NCBI RefSeq assembly: GCF_023055435.1 | Contig: NW_025963780.1 | Coordinates: 7,874,001 to 7,938,000 of the forward strand | Reading direction: 5' to 3' | Length of the DNA stretch: 64,000 bases | From: Haliotis rufescens | Lineage: Eukaryota | Shown here: positions 23,442 to 36,460 of the stretch, in pieces | Position numbering within the stretch: the first letter of the stretch is position 1 | How the letters are laid out: every line of letters starts with the position of its first letter | Notes under the pieces: generated by a model | The model's input: only the letters and a program-made list of their open reading frames with translations | Told to the model about the DNA's origin: nothing | Databases searched by the model: none | Made by a program: the position numbers and the translations under genes

Positions 23442-23880
23442 GAACAGAACGGAACAGAACAGAACAGAACAGAGTTTATTCTCAAAAACACACAATAGTG
23501 GTATAGAGAACATACGTTACGAGGTATAATACGATTGTACAACGAATGTAGCACAATACAAGCAATTTTGAATTAAAATATAATATGCATTATATATACA
23601 TACATTATACAATATATACATACATATTTGCATACAATATATACATCATATTTGCTTGCATACCTGCGTAAATAATTATACATTAAGGTACTATATTGTT
23701 ATGTAGTGGCATGTAGATCACTCATTGTAGCAGTGCGAGTCCATTCTTTATATATTTACATAACATTGTAAGAAGAGGTTTAAAATCACAATTCATTAAG
23801 TAGTTTAAGTATTTATGCACAGTAGGATACTAACAAAAGTAGTCTGGTAATAGGGTTGTTCTAAGGTTGAGTTATTCCCT
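23442..23880 (-). mobile_element. 3' end of a CR1/L2-type LINE with a (TTCTG)n tail
   Basis: On the minus strand, AATAAA is directly followed by a (TTCTG)n microsatellite (23442-23472), with a decayed ORF2 C-terminus-like sequence upstream. Confidence 0.45.
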
Positions 23881-24217
23881 CGTTAGATTGTTGAGTTAAT
23901 TAACATCCAGGTGATAATTGGTCACAGCCTGCTTAATTGGCTGTCTATACGTCTTGTCGATGGTCTTGTGTGTTGATTTAGCTGTCTTCTGTCATAGCTG
24001 TTTTACAGTTGCTTAGCGAATCAGTTCATGGTTTATTAATCAGTGTTCATTGTCAGTGTCAATTGGGGTCTTGATCCTTTAGATGACCTCTCTTTAGTTA
24101 CATTTATCCGATAATGACATACAGGTCAAAGGAGCACATTGACAAGCATAACAAATACAGTAGGAGTTGAAACAGGACAAGGGCAATATCATATATGAAT
24201 TACTCTTAATTTTACGG

Positions 24218-24503
24218 GGGGCACGGGGGGCCCAGTCGGCTAAGACGCCGCGATTCGCTGTGCAGAATTGCGTCCCTTTGGCACGCCAGAAACCTCTGAT
24301 TGTGGGTTCGAATCCCGGTTCGCCCCAATTATGTTTCTAGGTTTGTCAGCACCATGCCCGCGCTCGTGGGTTTCACCGAAGTGGTAAACGTCTTAGACCT
24401 GCATCACTTCGGGCTTTCCTCCCACATTAAGCTGACACGCCACGATATAACTGGAATACTGTTAAAAGCGGCGTTAAACCCAACTCACTTTCTCACTCAC
24501 TCA
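24218..24503 (+). mobile_element. Full-length tRNA-derived SINE with a Nimb-like tail
   Basis: A box GGCCCAGTCGG, B box GGTTCGAATCC, tail GGAATACTG...GCGGCGTTAAA-(ACTC)n. TSD CTTAATTTTACGG at 24205-24217 and 24504-24516. Confidence 0.88.
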
Positions 24504-25935
24504 CTTAATTTTACGGGTGCAAAATATGTTATCAATGTCACTGGACGGATCATGTACTTTTAAAACTTTTTCTCAATATCTACGAGTCCTTCATTGTAAC
24601 TTCAATTGTGACTTTGTAAACATTGTACATCAGTAAATAAGTGAATCTGAACATATGAGTTAACAATGTTATTTCTGTATCATGTTAATCTGCTACTGAG
24701 AATGTGACACCAGACAAACCAGTGACCGCTCCATATCGTACGGGTTAGATGTCACAAAGTCACTAAGGATACAAATGGTGGACATCCGTGTCTCATTTTA
24801 GTCAGACATAACCAGTGCGTCCTTCAGTGTGGAATGTGGCATGATTGTGGAGAGGTACATATCGAGTTGCGTGTGAGTATGTGACTTAAAACTGCACACA
24901 ACTGGTTGTGTGCAGGTTTCCAGATATGCAATCCAACAGGAAACCTGATGTACACGTAAACAAAAGTAAATTAACCAAAAGATGTGATTCGTCATCGAAA
25001 CCTACCAGAAACAAAAGCTAGAGTTGTAGGAAATCTATGTTTGTAGGTTTACTGATACATCGAATCCAACATGCGAGTGAGTTACCATTTTACGTCGCAT
25101 CGGCATTATTTCAGCTATATAACGACAAGAACAGGTCGATATATTCACAAGTTATATTTAAAAAAAAAAATTATCAAACGTATTTGGGCATAACAACATA
25201 ATGTATACAGTTTAAAACACAGGCTATATGCCATCAGCCACGTAAGCTGAGCCTACTCGCTTGGGATCATGGGGACTTCCTGCCGCAGGATTTACGTCAT
25301 CACTTTAGCTACTGGTGGTTGTGCTCATTACTAACCAATATAAAAAAATACTCAGCAATGAGTTGGCTTAACACACTGGTTGATGATAGTTACATCGATT
25401 ATTATAGGAATTACGTGTCACACAGAGGGACACTTATTTTACGGTACGTTAGCCTCCTGGACAGAGCCTCCGATAATCGTTGGTGATAAAAGCATTACAC
25501 CATTATGTAATCCAATGAAAACAAAAGAATAAACAACCAGAGAGGCCGCAGTTTTTAATTAAGACCGGAACCAAAAGGATCATTAATATTTGTTGGTGAT
25601 GAAAAGTTTGGATGTATTGATGGGTAAAAGCTGTTGGAATGTGGGGGTATGATGTGAAAAGTTGCCGATTCGTTAAGATTGAGCTGATTGAGCTTGTGAA
25701 GGTTGGTGCAAAATCAGCATCGTTGTATAGGTATGAAGGTGTGAATCGTTGTCATGTATGAGCAACAATGAAAGTGAAGTAGATCACAGCTTCGATTTCT
25801 CATATACTTTGTGGACAGAAGCTACACGATTACGCATTTTTTGACATCCTATATGTACTGTTCTGTAGATAAATGTTCCCGATCCTACCAAAAGTTATCC
25901 ACTTGATATTTACCCTCTTTGTGAGCGATAACATA

Positions 25936-27706
25936 TACTCAACAACAAAAGTTCCTGTGACACCAAAATTTTAGTGTATTTTTTTTTTTAAACAAGTAAA
26001 GTTTGGTTTTCAATATTGTAGTACATGTATGGAATCAAGTCACAAAAACGCAACTGCTACAGAAAAGCATACATTCCATGCAAAAGTTGACTTTTAATTA
26101 TGCAAGCCCAATGCATTTCACTACCCAAGAATGGCTATAAAAAACATGTGCGTTAACGGAATTCCATATGCCTTGTTTAGCATCGTGCTGACAACAACCA
26201 CTCAGAAAAACCACAAAATTACGCAATTATTCAACATAACGAAATGCCACGCCTGTCCGAAAATGAGCGTCTACGAGCCACTGGTATGCTTGAAGCAGGA
26301 TCGAGTCAACGTGATGTTGCAACACAATTTAACGTCGACAGAAACACCATTTGGTGTTTATGGCAACGTTGGCAACAGACGAATGCAGTCAGAGACCATC
26401 CTCGGAGTGACAGGCCACGCGTAACCAATAATCGACAAGACAACTGGATTCGAACAACACACCTACGAAATCGATTCCAACCAGCAACAGTGACGTCAAG
26501 AAGCATCCCTGGCCTTCGACGAATGACTTCCCAAACCATACGTCGCCGCCTCAGATGTGCTGGGATTGTCGCCAGAAGACCCGCCAGACATCCCATTTTG
26601 ACAGGAAACCGCCGTCAAGCACGTCTACAGTGGCGCAGACAGCGTCTGGACGGCCATGCAGTGGGGACAAATTCTATTCACTGACGAGTCTCGTTTTCAC
26701 CTCAGCCACAGCGATGGACGGATTCAAGTGTACGACGTCGAGGTGAACGTTACGTCAATCATTGTGTCATTGCAGAAGATCGGTTCGGGGGCGGCAGCGT
26801 TATGGCATGGGGTGGGATTACAGCAAGACAGAGGACCCGTTTGTTAGTGGTAGAGGGAAATCTCAATGGACAGACCCGTGAAGATTCCGGGGTAGAATAG
26901 GTCTTCAGCAACCCATACTTGCCGTAAAAGGCGACTATGCTTGTCGTAAAAGGCGACTAACGGGATCGCTGACTTGGTGGACACATGTCATAGATCCCAA
27001 TTGCGTGCATCGATGTTCGTGATATTAATCACTGGATTGTCTGGTCCAGACTCGATTATTTACAGACCGCAGTCATATAGCTGGAATATTGCTGAGTGTG
27101 GCGTTAAACAACAAACCAACCAACCAACCAACTCAATGGACAGCGCTACCGCGACGAGATCATCGGCCCTGTTGTTCTTCCGTTTTTGCGTCGACATGGG
27201 CCAGGTATTACCTTTCAACATGACAACGCCCGGTCTCATATTGCTCGACTTGTTCAGGATTCTCTTCAACAAAACAACGTGATTGTCATTCCCTGGCCGG
27301 CTCGCTCCCCTGATCTCTCACCAATCGAGCACATGTGGGATGAGATGGATCGTCGCCTTCGACATCAACCACGTGTTCCACAGACACTCCAGGAGCTTCG
27401 AAACATGCTCCCACATGACTTTGTGCGACGCCTAGTCCATTCCATGAGACGAAAATGTGTTGCTTGCATCGCAACCAGAAGTGGACACACACGTTATTGA
27501 TTTGTAAATTGACATTTTGGCATGTTCATGTTTTTTTTATGAAATCATGCATTTTCTGATGTCAGTATGGCAAATTAAACCATTGGAACTCTTACATGAG
27601 TCTTTTATCTGTTGCAAACCGAAATTGTTTCAAATTTGGTAAAAAAAAAACCCATAACTTTGCATTAAATCTTATTCAATGTCACAGGAACTTTTGTTGT
27701 TCAGTA
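25936..27706 (+). mobile_element. Tc1/mariner element, near full length, with frameshifts and a SINE insertion
   Basis: TIRs TACT(C/G)AACAACAAAAGTTCCTGTGACA with TA flanks. Transposase MPRLSENERLRATGMLEAG...FTDESRF...QHDNAR...SPDLSPIEHMW...GHTRY at 26244-27500. Confidence 0.94.
26873..27131 (+). mobile_element. Bipartite SINE inserted in a Tc1 transposase
   Basis: Same family as 4711-4973. 11-bp TSD CTCAATGGACA at 26862-26872 and 27132-27142. Removing it restores GNLNGQRYRDEI. Confidence 0.92.
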
Positions 27707-27916
27707 TACTTGACAGTATTCTGTTCATCCTCAGTGATTAAAGGCTTAGTTTGACGATGACAAAATTATCCAATACCAGAAGGTCATTGATGCTTTGACT
27801 GTGTTTGAACAATGAAAAACCCACTTTATTGTCATACAGGGGTAGTTGACAATGTTGGACAAATTGTAGGATACTCAGTTATCCTTAAACATATTTAATA
27901 CATTTTTTCTACACAG

Positions 27917-28192
27917 ATATAGACAACTGCACCAACCGCAGCTATACAGTGTGTGAAAATGGAACACAAACCCTTAGATGTTCGGTTAGTTTTCTGCCAT
28001 CCCTGAGAAATGTGACATGGAGAAAGAACGGGGTTGTACTGGATGTATCCAATCCCCGGTATAGCGGTGGGACTGTATCATCACCTGATCTCACAATTTC
28101 CCATGTTATGCGAACTGATGGCGATGTCTACACCTGTGAAGTAGAGAACGTCGTTGGTGTAGCAGGCTGCCAGATTACATTGGACGTCTTCT
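27917..28192 (+). CDS. Ig-like (I-set) domain exon of an Ig/SRCR membrane protein
   Basis: ACAG acceptor and GTGAGT donor, phase 1-1. Translation LRC...VTWRKNG...LTISHVMRTDGDVYTCEVEN. Confidence 0.88.
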
Positions 28193-30448
28193 GTGAGTAG
28201 ACGTTCATTTCTGTGAGTAGTTATAAATCATAATTCGAAGATGTCCAGAAATTTACAACATACGTGGTATAATATTAAATATTTGTTTTAATCGAGGACA
28301 TTTCATGATATGAATGGAAAGTTCTTTTTTTAATAACAAATTTTATCAAACATATTTAGGCGTAACAACATTATTCATACAGTTTAAAAAACAGGGTATA
28401 GGTCATCAGTAACCAAATGCCAAAATAAATGTAATGCATGTACGATTGGTACACTCCATTTGTCAGATACCTTAAAATCACAGATGCCACGTTTGACTTC
28501 TACTTTCTAAGGCTTGTTACCCATGTGGTAAAATGGCTTAGTCCCGATCATACCCCGTGCTATCTTCTTCTTTTCATGAAAAGAATTTTCACTTCTGTGT
28601 TTCAAAACAATCAATAAGATAAATAAATTATAGAATCACATTTTTATATGTTGATTCTGCTTTTCATTTTTGATGTTATTAGTTCAAGGTTCATTTTGCT
28701 TTAAACTTATTTGTATGTTTATATATACATATATTTTTTATAAAACAAAACACTTTAGAAATTTGTACATTGGATGTTGATTTCTTTTGTTCTTTACGTT
28801 TGATATAAATTAAACGATTGCTGCTGAGTATGTTTGATAGACGTTAAGCAACATAGGTTTCATATGTCAAAACAAATACATTTATTTACTCAATCTATGA
28901 AAAAAGGATGTGTCAATATTGCCACTTTTGGTAGCATCACCTTCACTTAGCTGTAGAGGTGATTTTGAAAATGAACCTCTCTACGATGTAAGTTAGTTTT
29001 CTGCCCACCTTCCATGTTTATGGTCAATTCAGATATCTCTGACGAATATATGCTCAATTTAGTACAATCATGTAAATTGAGAAAACCTTCAATATTCTCA
29101 TAGGAAGCTGGGGTGGGAACCTACAAATCTAAGTTGTTTTTATGGTCAAATGGTTCATCAGTTTAATCTATTTTGAGAGTAAGGGAAGACTACACAATCC
29201 TATTGTACCTTAAGAATCTTTTAAAGTTATTTCTATCCGGACAGCTAGCCACTGGCTTGAAACGCTTTTTGGGTCATTTAAAATACATAGGACAGACCAC
29301 AGTAATTAAGTATTTGCCTCACGTTTTTTATCCAGGCATTTTGTTCATTATTAGATAAAAATTGCAAATGAGCAAATTATAGATAAGTTGCGATAGTTTT
29401 ATTGCAGGTCCGGTTTTACAAAGTTTATGCCAAAAAATACCGTTAGCTCCATAAATCGATAAAGGTAGTCTGCCTTGTTCTCCATAAACCATAAAACTTT
29501 GGGTCGCATTTCTAAGACCACAGGCTAGCTTAACGAATTATAAATTTCTTTTCAATTATGTTCATATTTTCGTATGCCCAAATGTCACAGCCATATAATA
29601 ATATTGGAAATATCATTTCATCAAAAGCCTAAAGTAAACAATCCAAAGGAATATTATAATTTCTAGATTTTTTAGAATACATGTCTTTAGATGTACTGTC
29701 CGCTAAACATTTTATTTCTGGCTTGAAAATTCCGTTTCTACTAAATAGAACACCTATGTACGTATATTTGTTTCACGATATCAATTTCCGTATTCTCCAA
29801 ATAGAAAAAACAACCTTCTGTTTTTGGACGGCCCGCTTCCAAAGATCAAAACTTTAGTCTTTTGCAGGTTTACGTCTAATTTCCAGATAATGCAATAACT
29901 TTTAAAAGTATCTTATGTATTGTGGAGTTTAGTTGCAGAATCTGCAAAGAGGACAGTGTCATCAACATGCACAAGGGTTCAGAAAAAAGATACATAAATG
30001 TACATGTAAATTCACATCACCAATGTCCATACCGATGTAGTACCCACTGTATAAGAACTGGGGTGTCTGACAACGGGGGTATCTGACAAATGGGTTACGA
30101 CCGTACGATTCATTTGGTTAGTTCCAGGGTACATAAACTGTTAGCATCATTGGGTGGATGTGTTTATTTGAGGGATAAACCATTCGTGGAAAAGGGGCGG
30201 GGATACAAATTTAAGGGCGGGGATACAAACAAGAAATAAATTGTTAAATCTGCATAGTAGATAGGGAGCAGTGACCAAAAGGCCACATAATAGGAGCGGG
30301 TTGTATTGAACAAAGATCAAAAGGTTTTTGGTGGGAGGGAAAAAATTGAAGAGGAAGGAGACCGATTAAATTAACGGAAACAGGTTTTCATTCTATGAAT
30401 TTACTTACTATCATATTCAAAAATGGTGAACCCTTGATTGAATTTCAG

Positions 30449-30739
30449 CTCGACCAGACGTCCACGTGCCACGCAGGAACATAATGTTGGTAGAAGGACA
30501 AACATCATCTATAGGTTGCTCCGTGGATATGCGCGTTAAACCCAGTCCCGCCATTGTCCACTGGTTTAAAGATGGCGTCAATCTCGACACTCACTTTGGT
30601 CGGTATAGTAACGGGGATATATACAATCCCAGCTTGACTATTACCGATATAAGGCGCGAGGACACCGGTAGATATACGTGTGGCGCAGTCAACGGTGTTG
30701 GCGACAGTCAGTCTGACGCCATCAATGTTACAGTGGAAT
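30449..30739 (+). CDS. Second Ig-like domain exon
   Basis: TTTCAG/GTAAGT, phase 1-1. Translation IGC...VHWFKDG...LTITDIRREDTGRYTCGAVN. Confidence 0.9.
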
Positions 30740-31439
30740 GTAAGTAACTACATTTTTGTGCAGCCCTTATAGAAGACCAGGCACTGAGATTGGGTGTCTA
30801 ACCATGAGAATGTTACTCAAACTCTAATGTGAATATTCTTTCGTCCTTCGTGTCATCAACGTCAATGATCATATTAAATTTTGTACAGTTCAGTTTTGGC
30901 GTGTTCGTGATTGATGAGATAGATTTAAAATCAGGCGCAGGATATTACCAGTTGACTAGTATCTTTTTTGTGTAACGAAATGATCATCACTGTTCACCAT
31001 ATATGGCGGTTGCCTGTAAACAACAGTCTTGGCACAAACAAACACAAACCAGTGATTGATGTTATGAGCGCCGTCGGAATACGATGATAAACTTTCAACC
31101 AATTCACCAAAGCTGTGCTCCCGATCAATTTTACGACAAACATAGGTTTCTATAGACCTGTTCTAACACCCGGACTGCACACGTTGGGGGGAAAGAACCG
31201 GCTTCATCAACGTTTTCTCGAATCGAGGCATGAAAATCCAGACAGATCAAGTCACAGTAATAAATAGTTATACACAAGAAATTAAAAGCCCAACACGTTT
31301 ATACATTGACAAATTGAAATGTATTTCGCCTGCAATAATTATTAACAATTACATGTACCTTATTAGGCATAGCAGAAATCATAATCTGGTCTGTCCACTT
31401 GATAGAAACAACAAAATGCGATACACGCCTCAAGCTTGT

Positions 31440-32160
31440 TATTTCATGGCTTGGATATAGCGTCACGCGGTCTGATCCCTTAATCCGACTTTGATAAGCA
31501 CTCTTTGATGTAACCAGGAAGTGCCGCCTTATTTTACTCATTTCTACTCACGATGTTTTATTTGTCAGGGAGGAGTGGTTTAGACATAGCTCAGTTCGGC
31601 TAACGTAGCGGGTTGCCTTTGACATTGGCACCAGCATGTTGTCCGGTAGTACTGTCCAGTGACCCCGTCCAAGAACAATATGGAGTGGTGTTCTGGCAGT
31701 AATTGTGATGCCACTCAATATCTTCACAAATCCACCCCACCTCCCACACCCAATATGTCATGTTGTCTTATGTTCGTCAGGACGCCTCAAAACACGTCCC
31801 TGCCTATCCAGAAAGTCAAAAGTGAACCCGAACTCATCTGAAAGCATAATAATGGCATCTGTCTAGAATGTGTCGATTTGTTAACGGTGGTACAAACTGT
31901 GGTCGCCTTTTATGCAGACGATTTCTATTGGTTTGGTCAGTAACTTGAACTCGGGTGGCATAACGCTAATGAAGACTTGTGTTGTTGCTACAGGTCACCC
32001 TGTGCGGGGCGAATATTAAACATTTTGCGTCTGCAGAAACCTTTCCAAAGTCTGCAAATCATAGACTTGGACACATTGAAGATATTGGTTACCTCTCACT
32101 GAGTTCTACCAGTTTGAAGCATGCCAATAGCCATTAGGCTTTCATAAAGTTTCAATCTGA
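31440..32160 (-). mobile_element. Tc1 transposase relic (other relics ~32850-33130 -, ~54700-55010 +, ~55880-56140 -)
   Basis: Decayed motifs: AIGMLQTG-like, SDE-like, DLVIVNGHLTGQRYVNEIFRPVVVPF and VWGGIT. Confidence 0.65.
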
Positions 32161-32474
32161 TCACACATACTGCATTAATGCAAGAGTAGAGAGCTTACGT
32201 GTTACTGTGGATAATGAACATTAACAACACTAATTGCTCAGAGCGCTTTAACGACCGAAGTCCTCCCCTCCCACGCGTAACGCATTTATATGGTTACCTT
32301 CGATAACAGTATATTCCAAAAAATATAATTATATTTCAGACAACAGAATATTCTAACGAAACTGAAACGCATTTTGGCCATACTGTCTTCTGTGGATCAT
32401 CAACTGTACCAATACGAACGCCCCTTTTCCATTTCATTTATATAATCAATGTGTACAGGAACTTTCATTTTCAG

Positions 32475-32753
32475 ATGCGCCAACAGTCTTGGTCAAGTAC
32501 AATAACTATGGTTTCTACCTGGGATCTGCCACAACCTTGTGGTGCTATGTGGACTCGTATCCCCTCGTTTCTCCAGGAGACATCACGTGGGTGCGTGATG
32601 GGAAATTTGTAATACCCAGCACTTCCTGTAGTGACGTCAGACCCAACTTGCGGATGTGCAAAGTGGACACAAGTACCGCTGGCACATACATGTGCCGAGC
32701 TCACCATCGATTGGCATCTGTTAATAGCGCGGACATAAGTGTAAATGTAAGAG
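32475..32753 (+). CDS. Third Ig-like domain exon
   Basis: TTTCAG/GTAAGA, phase 1-1. Translation YAPTV...LWCYVDSYP...ITWVRDG...TAGTYMCRAHH. Confidence 0.88.
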
Positions 32754-33484
32754 GTAAGAACCCGGCACAAACGTGATAATACGACCAACAAAAAATAAGA
32801 AAACTAATGCAATGATAGTGAAGGTATAATGACGATAAATGTCTGTAAAATTAATTTGGGGCATCTGGTGTGTCTACCATGTTGGACAATACATGCACGA
32901 CTATTTGATGGCATACTGTTGGCCCGCCGTTCCACCGTTCACGCTGGGCACGATGTGACCTGGCACTGGTATTTTGCACTTCAAACTTTCTGCCGATAAT
33001 TCTGGCGAATGGAACAACGACTGGACGAAAAATTTCGTTAACATATCGCTGGCCAGTCAAATGTCCATTCACAATAACCAAATCAGTTCGCCTGTCATGT
33101 ATGTACCGCCCCACGCAACTGCCGCATATTTCACTTTCTGGAATACAAATTCGATTTTGTGATTCTTTTATCTGACACTTTAGTTTGAATAATGCCAATG
33201 ATTACTTTTTCACTGTATGCATAGTTTATGATATATTGTGCCGTCGAAAGATGGAATTTAGATAGGTTACATTTCCCATACTCTTTCTATCAAAGATTCA
33301 CAGTATGAATGTATGTGTTTTCAATCTGTAAATAATAGAAAATTCATATTTCCTAAGTGACTCACTGATGTGACACATTCAGGAGATCATATGATGCTAC
33401 AATTGAAATTTAATATTTCAATGATAGAAAAAAGGTAAGATTCTGAAATGAGCTAACATTTTTACACGAAAACTTGTTTTGCAG

Positions 33485-33551
33485 ATATGTGTCCTACAAT
33501 TGTTGACAAAATCGACATTGGTTCTACAGATGACGACATAAAAGAATCGGG
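33485..33551 (+). CDS. Short exon, linker/start of the SRCR domain
   Basis: TTTGCAG/GTATGT, phase 1-2. Encodes DMCPTIVDKIDIGSTDDDIKESG and bridges the phases of exons 32753 and 50345. Confidence 0.72.
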
Positions 33552-34336
33552 GTATGTCAAACGTTTCAGTAATAGAAGATATAGCCAGGTAAACAAAATA
33601 TTGAATAAAAGGTCAATACAACGTTTCTACTGTTATTGACATTCCTGCTTTCCTTGATAAGTGGGCTTATCCTTTTCGTGAGAGTGATTAAGGTGCATAA
33701 TATATTTGCACTTTGTGGTTGTGTTTTATTTATTTGGGTTTGATTTTGTATCTTTAAAATACCCCAAAGTCATACTGTTTTTACCTTACATTGTGTATAT
33801 GTCGCCAAAGAAAAGAGCAACTCCATCAGAATCATTGTTATCAAAAAGATTGAGCAGAACTGTCAACAATTCTGCTTCTACATGACACTGCCGCAGTGTA
33901 AAAGTAGCATTGAAACGTGGATAAAGTAGGGCGCGAAAGCAATGCGCGATACGTGAGGTTGTGCTTGTCCAATGATAACCAGCCATTAAGAGTAGAAGTA
34001 TATATAGAAGTATATTATAGAAGAATAATGTAGATACATATGCCTTAGAACAGATTGTGCGTTCCAAAGCGTATTGAAGAAGCAGAGTTAATCATACATT
34101 TAATCAGTTCAATCTGCTAAGTTTACAGAAATGTCACTAAACATGACATTATACATAAATAGATGATGTGGGGATGGGAAACATTGAAAAAACCATACAG
34201 AATAAATGTTATTCAGGTAACAACACACTAAAAGAGCTTTCCAATCAAAATGTATTTCAGGAGGAGAGTGATTTTGTACACCATCATCCATACATGCCAT
34301 ATCAGACAATTTCACATGAGGGTAATTTACATACAT

Positions 34337-34607
34337 GTGAGTAGGGTTTAACGCCGCTTTTAACATTATTCAAGTTATATCAAGGCGTGTCAGCTTAGTG
34401 TGGGAGGTAAGCCCAAAGTGATGCAAGTCTCAGACGTTTACCACTCCGGTGAACCCACGAGCACGGGTATGGTGCTGACAAACCTAGAAACATAATAGGG
34501 GCGAACCGGGTTTCGAACCCACAATCATAGGTTTCTGGCGTGCCCAGGGGACGCAACTCTGCACAGCGAATCGCGGCGCCTTAAACGACTGGGCCACCCG
34601 TGCCCCC
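34337..34607 (-). mobile_element. tRNA-derived SINE (family of 24218-24503)
   Basis: Full-length reverse-complement match to 24218-24503. Confidence 0.88.
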
Positions 34608-34659
34608 TTATAAACACATTTAAAACTTTGGCTTTGAAGAATGTATAATACTGTCTCCA

Positions 34660-35967
34660 ATATCACGATCTTCTGCTGTGACTACCTGTGCTGGGGAAAT
34701 GATGTGATGACTGTGTCGCCCTGTGCATGAAAAACAGGCCCATACAACCGCGGTTGCTCGCTCTTCACATGTGAAACATCTACAATGGCGTTAATAAATA
34801 AAGGAGCATCACAACCCATTGCGTGGGCAAAGGCATTTCAACTTTAATGTCCAGTGACAGCATGCGGAATTCTTACACACCCTACGAACTTCTTTAGGTG
34901 GTACTTTGCGGTCCTTCAGGCCTCCATAATTTGTCTTGGACACATCCTCTTTGTACAAAAGATAACGTCTACCTTTCTCATCCACGTGCGGGGCTGTTAT
35001 TTGTGGCTGGGAAAATAGTCTCATTTAAACCAAAATTGTGTGGTCCTGAACATAGGGAAATGCATATTTTAAAATTGAAACCATATGGATACACATGAAA
35101 AAATATGTACCTGTGAGATACAATATTGTTTCACGCAGCTGTCTTGGATTGTCTTCACCCAATGATCCATTTTCCAGAGTAATTCCTCTTTATCACATGA
35201 TATGGTTTCGGTCATTTTCCTACTGGAACTTCCTAAACCCTTCTGCGAGAGATTGGGCAATGCAGCATCTTAACACATGCGAGCTTCAATAAATTCATCA
35301 TCTTCAAATAAGTTTATGACTGTACCATTCTCTCTCAGTGCTGACTGAATCGCTGCGAAGAGTGCATACACACTGTTGGCGGGATATTCTGAGCCATTTT
35401 GTTTTCTTGTTTCAAAGAGAAAGTATTTCAAAGCAATATTCAAAGATTCTTTATCCATTTGCAATATTGGAGTGTACAAGCATGCTGCTGGCAATTCAAG
35501 GTTGTCTTTCATGGGCCGCAACCGTCTCTCTTCTTGCCACCTTGAAAATACGGACACCCCCAACTTGAACACACACCTCTAATTTCTCTTCAATTTCTTT
35601 ACCACATAAGGGCTCTCCAAACCTGTATTGAAAATCATCACTTTCGGATTCCTCCTTTCTAAATGTGGATTTCATCTACGCTGTCCATCGCGTCTTCTCT
35701 GAGTGCAGGACAGAATACAACTGAGAGAGCACATGGTTAACCCCAGTAACTAGCACGTGCAAGTTGTTTTCTCGCGATGCGTTTTGCGACATGGCTTACC
35801 CTGTGGGTTGAAATTAGTTTGGGGATAATTTTAAGGTTCAAAATCGGTTTATAAGTAAGATAAAACACTTCCCCTCGGGTCGTTATGATATTTAAAACCC
35901 TTTCCCTCAGACAATCCCTCGGGATGCGGGTTTTAAATATCATAACAACCCTCGGACGTGTTTTATC
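34660..35967 (-). mobile_element. Crypton-like (DUF3504 / tyrosine-recombinase-related) relic with a terminal hairpin
   Basis: Fragments LNIALKYFLFETRKQNGSEYPANSVYALFAAIQ and EDVSKTNYGGLKDRKVPPKEV resemble DUF3504 (ZMYM/QRICH1/KIAA1958-type). Frameshifted. Long inverted repeat at 35859-35967. Confidence 0.75.
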
Positions 35968-36460
35968 CTATACTTAGAGCCCAGAAGGAGGTTAGAGCCC
36001 TAAGCCCAGAAGGAGGTGGTTCATGGGGCCATCTGAGGTTGCTGACCTCCTAATTCTGTAAGTCTCCAATAAATTTCGTGTCAAATGTGTTGGAGTATAA
36101 CACCCATTTATCCCCGGTCTTTGCAGCTTGGAGATCCGCTGCAGCATAAGATTGTTCTTGTTGACACTTGATTGTAGCTGGGGGGAAAGAGGTACTGAAT
36201 CCCATACCATATCAATAGGCTGAATTTGAACGAAATCGGACAATTTCTTTGGTAACACAATGGTAATGGAAATAAGTCAGTGTCCGTACCTATGTACTAA
36301 TGTAGTAGTTAAGAAGTTGTCCAGACAAATTGAAATGAAGAAGTAATATAGGGCAATAAAACTGAGCAAAATAATTGCTATGTGCCCAACTTAATTGAAG
36401 TTGTCACGCGAACAAAGTTTAATTGCAATCAGTTAATTAGTTTAGAAGGAATTGTCTGGA

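Noticed and set aside
24218-24330. Functional tRNA gene (also 21911-22005 and 6875-6930)
   Set aside because: No clean cloverleaf or anticodon. The 24218 and 6875 copies continue into SINE bodies and tails.
35270-35572. Host ZMYM/QRICH1-type gene
   Set aside because: Intronless, frameshifted and located in an intron with a terminal hairpin, so it is better explained as a Crypton relic.
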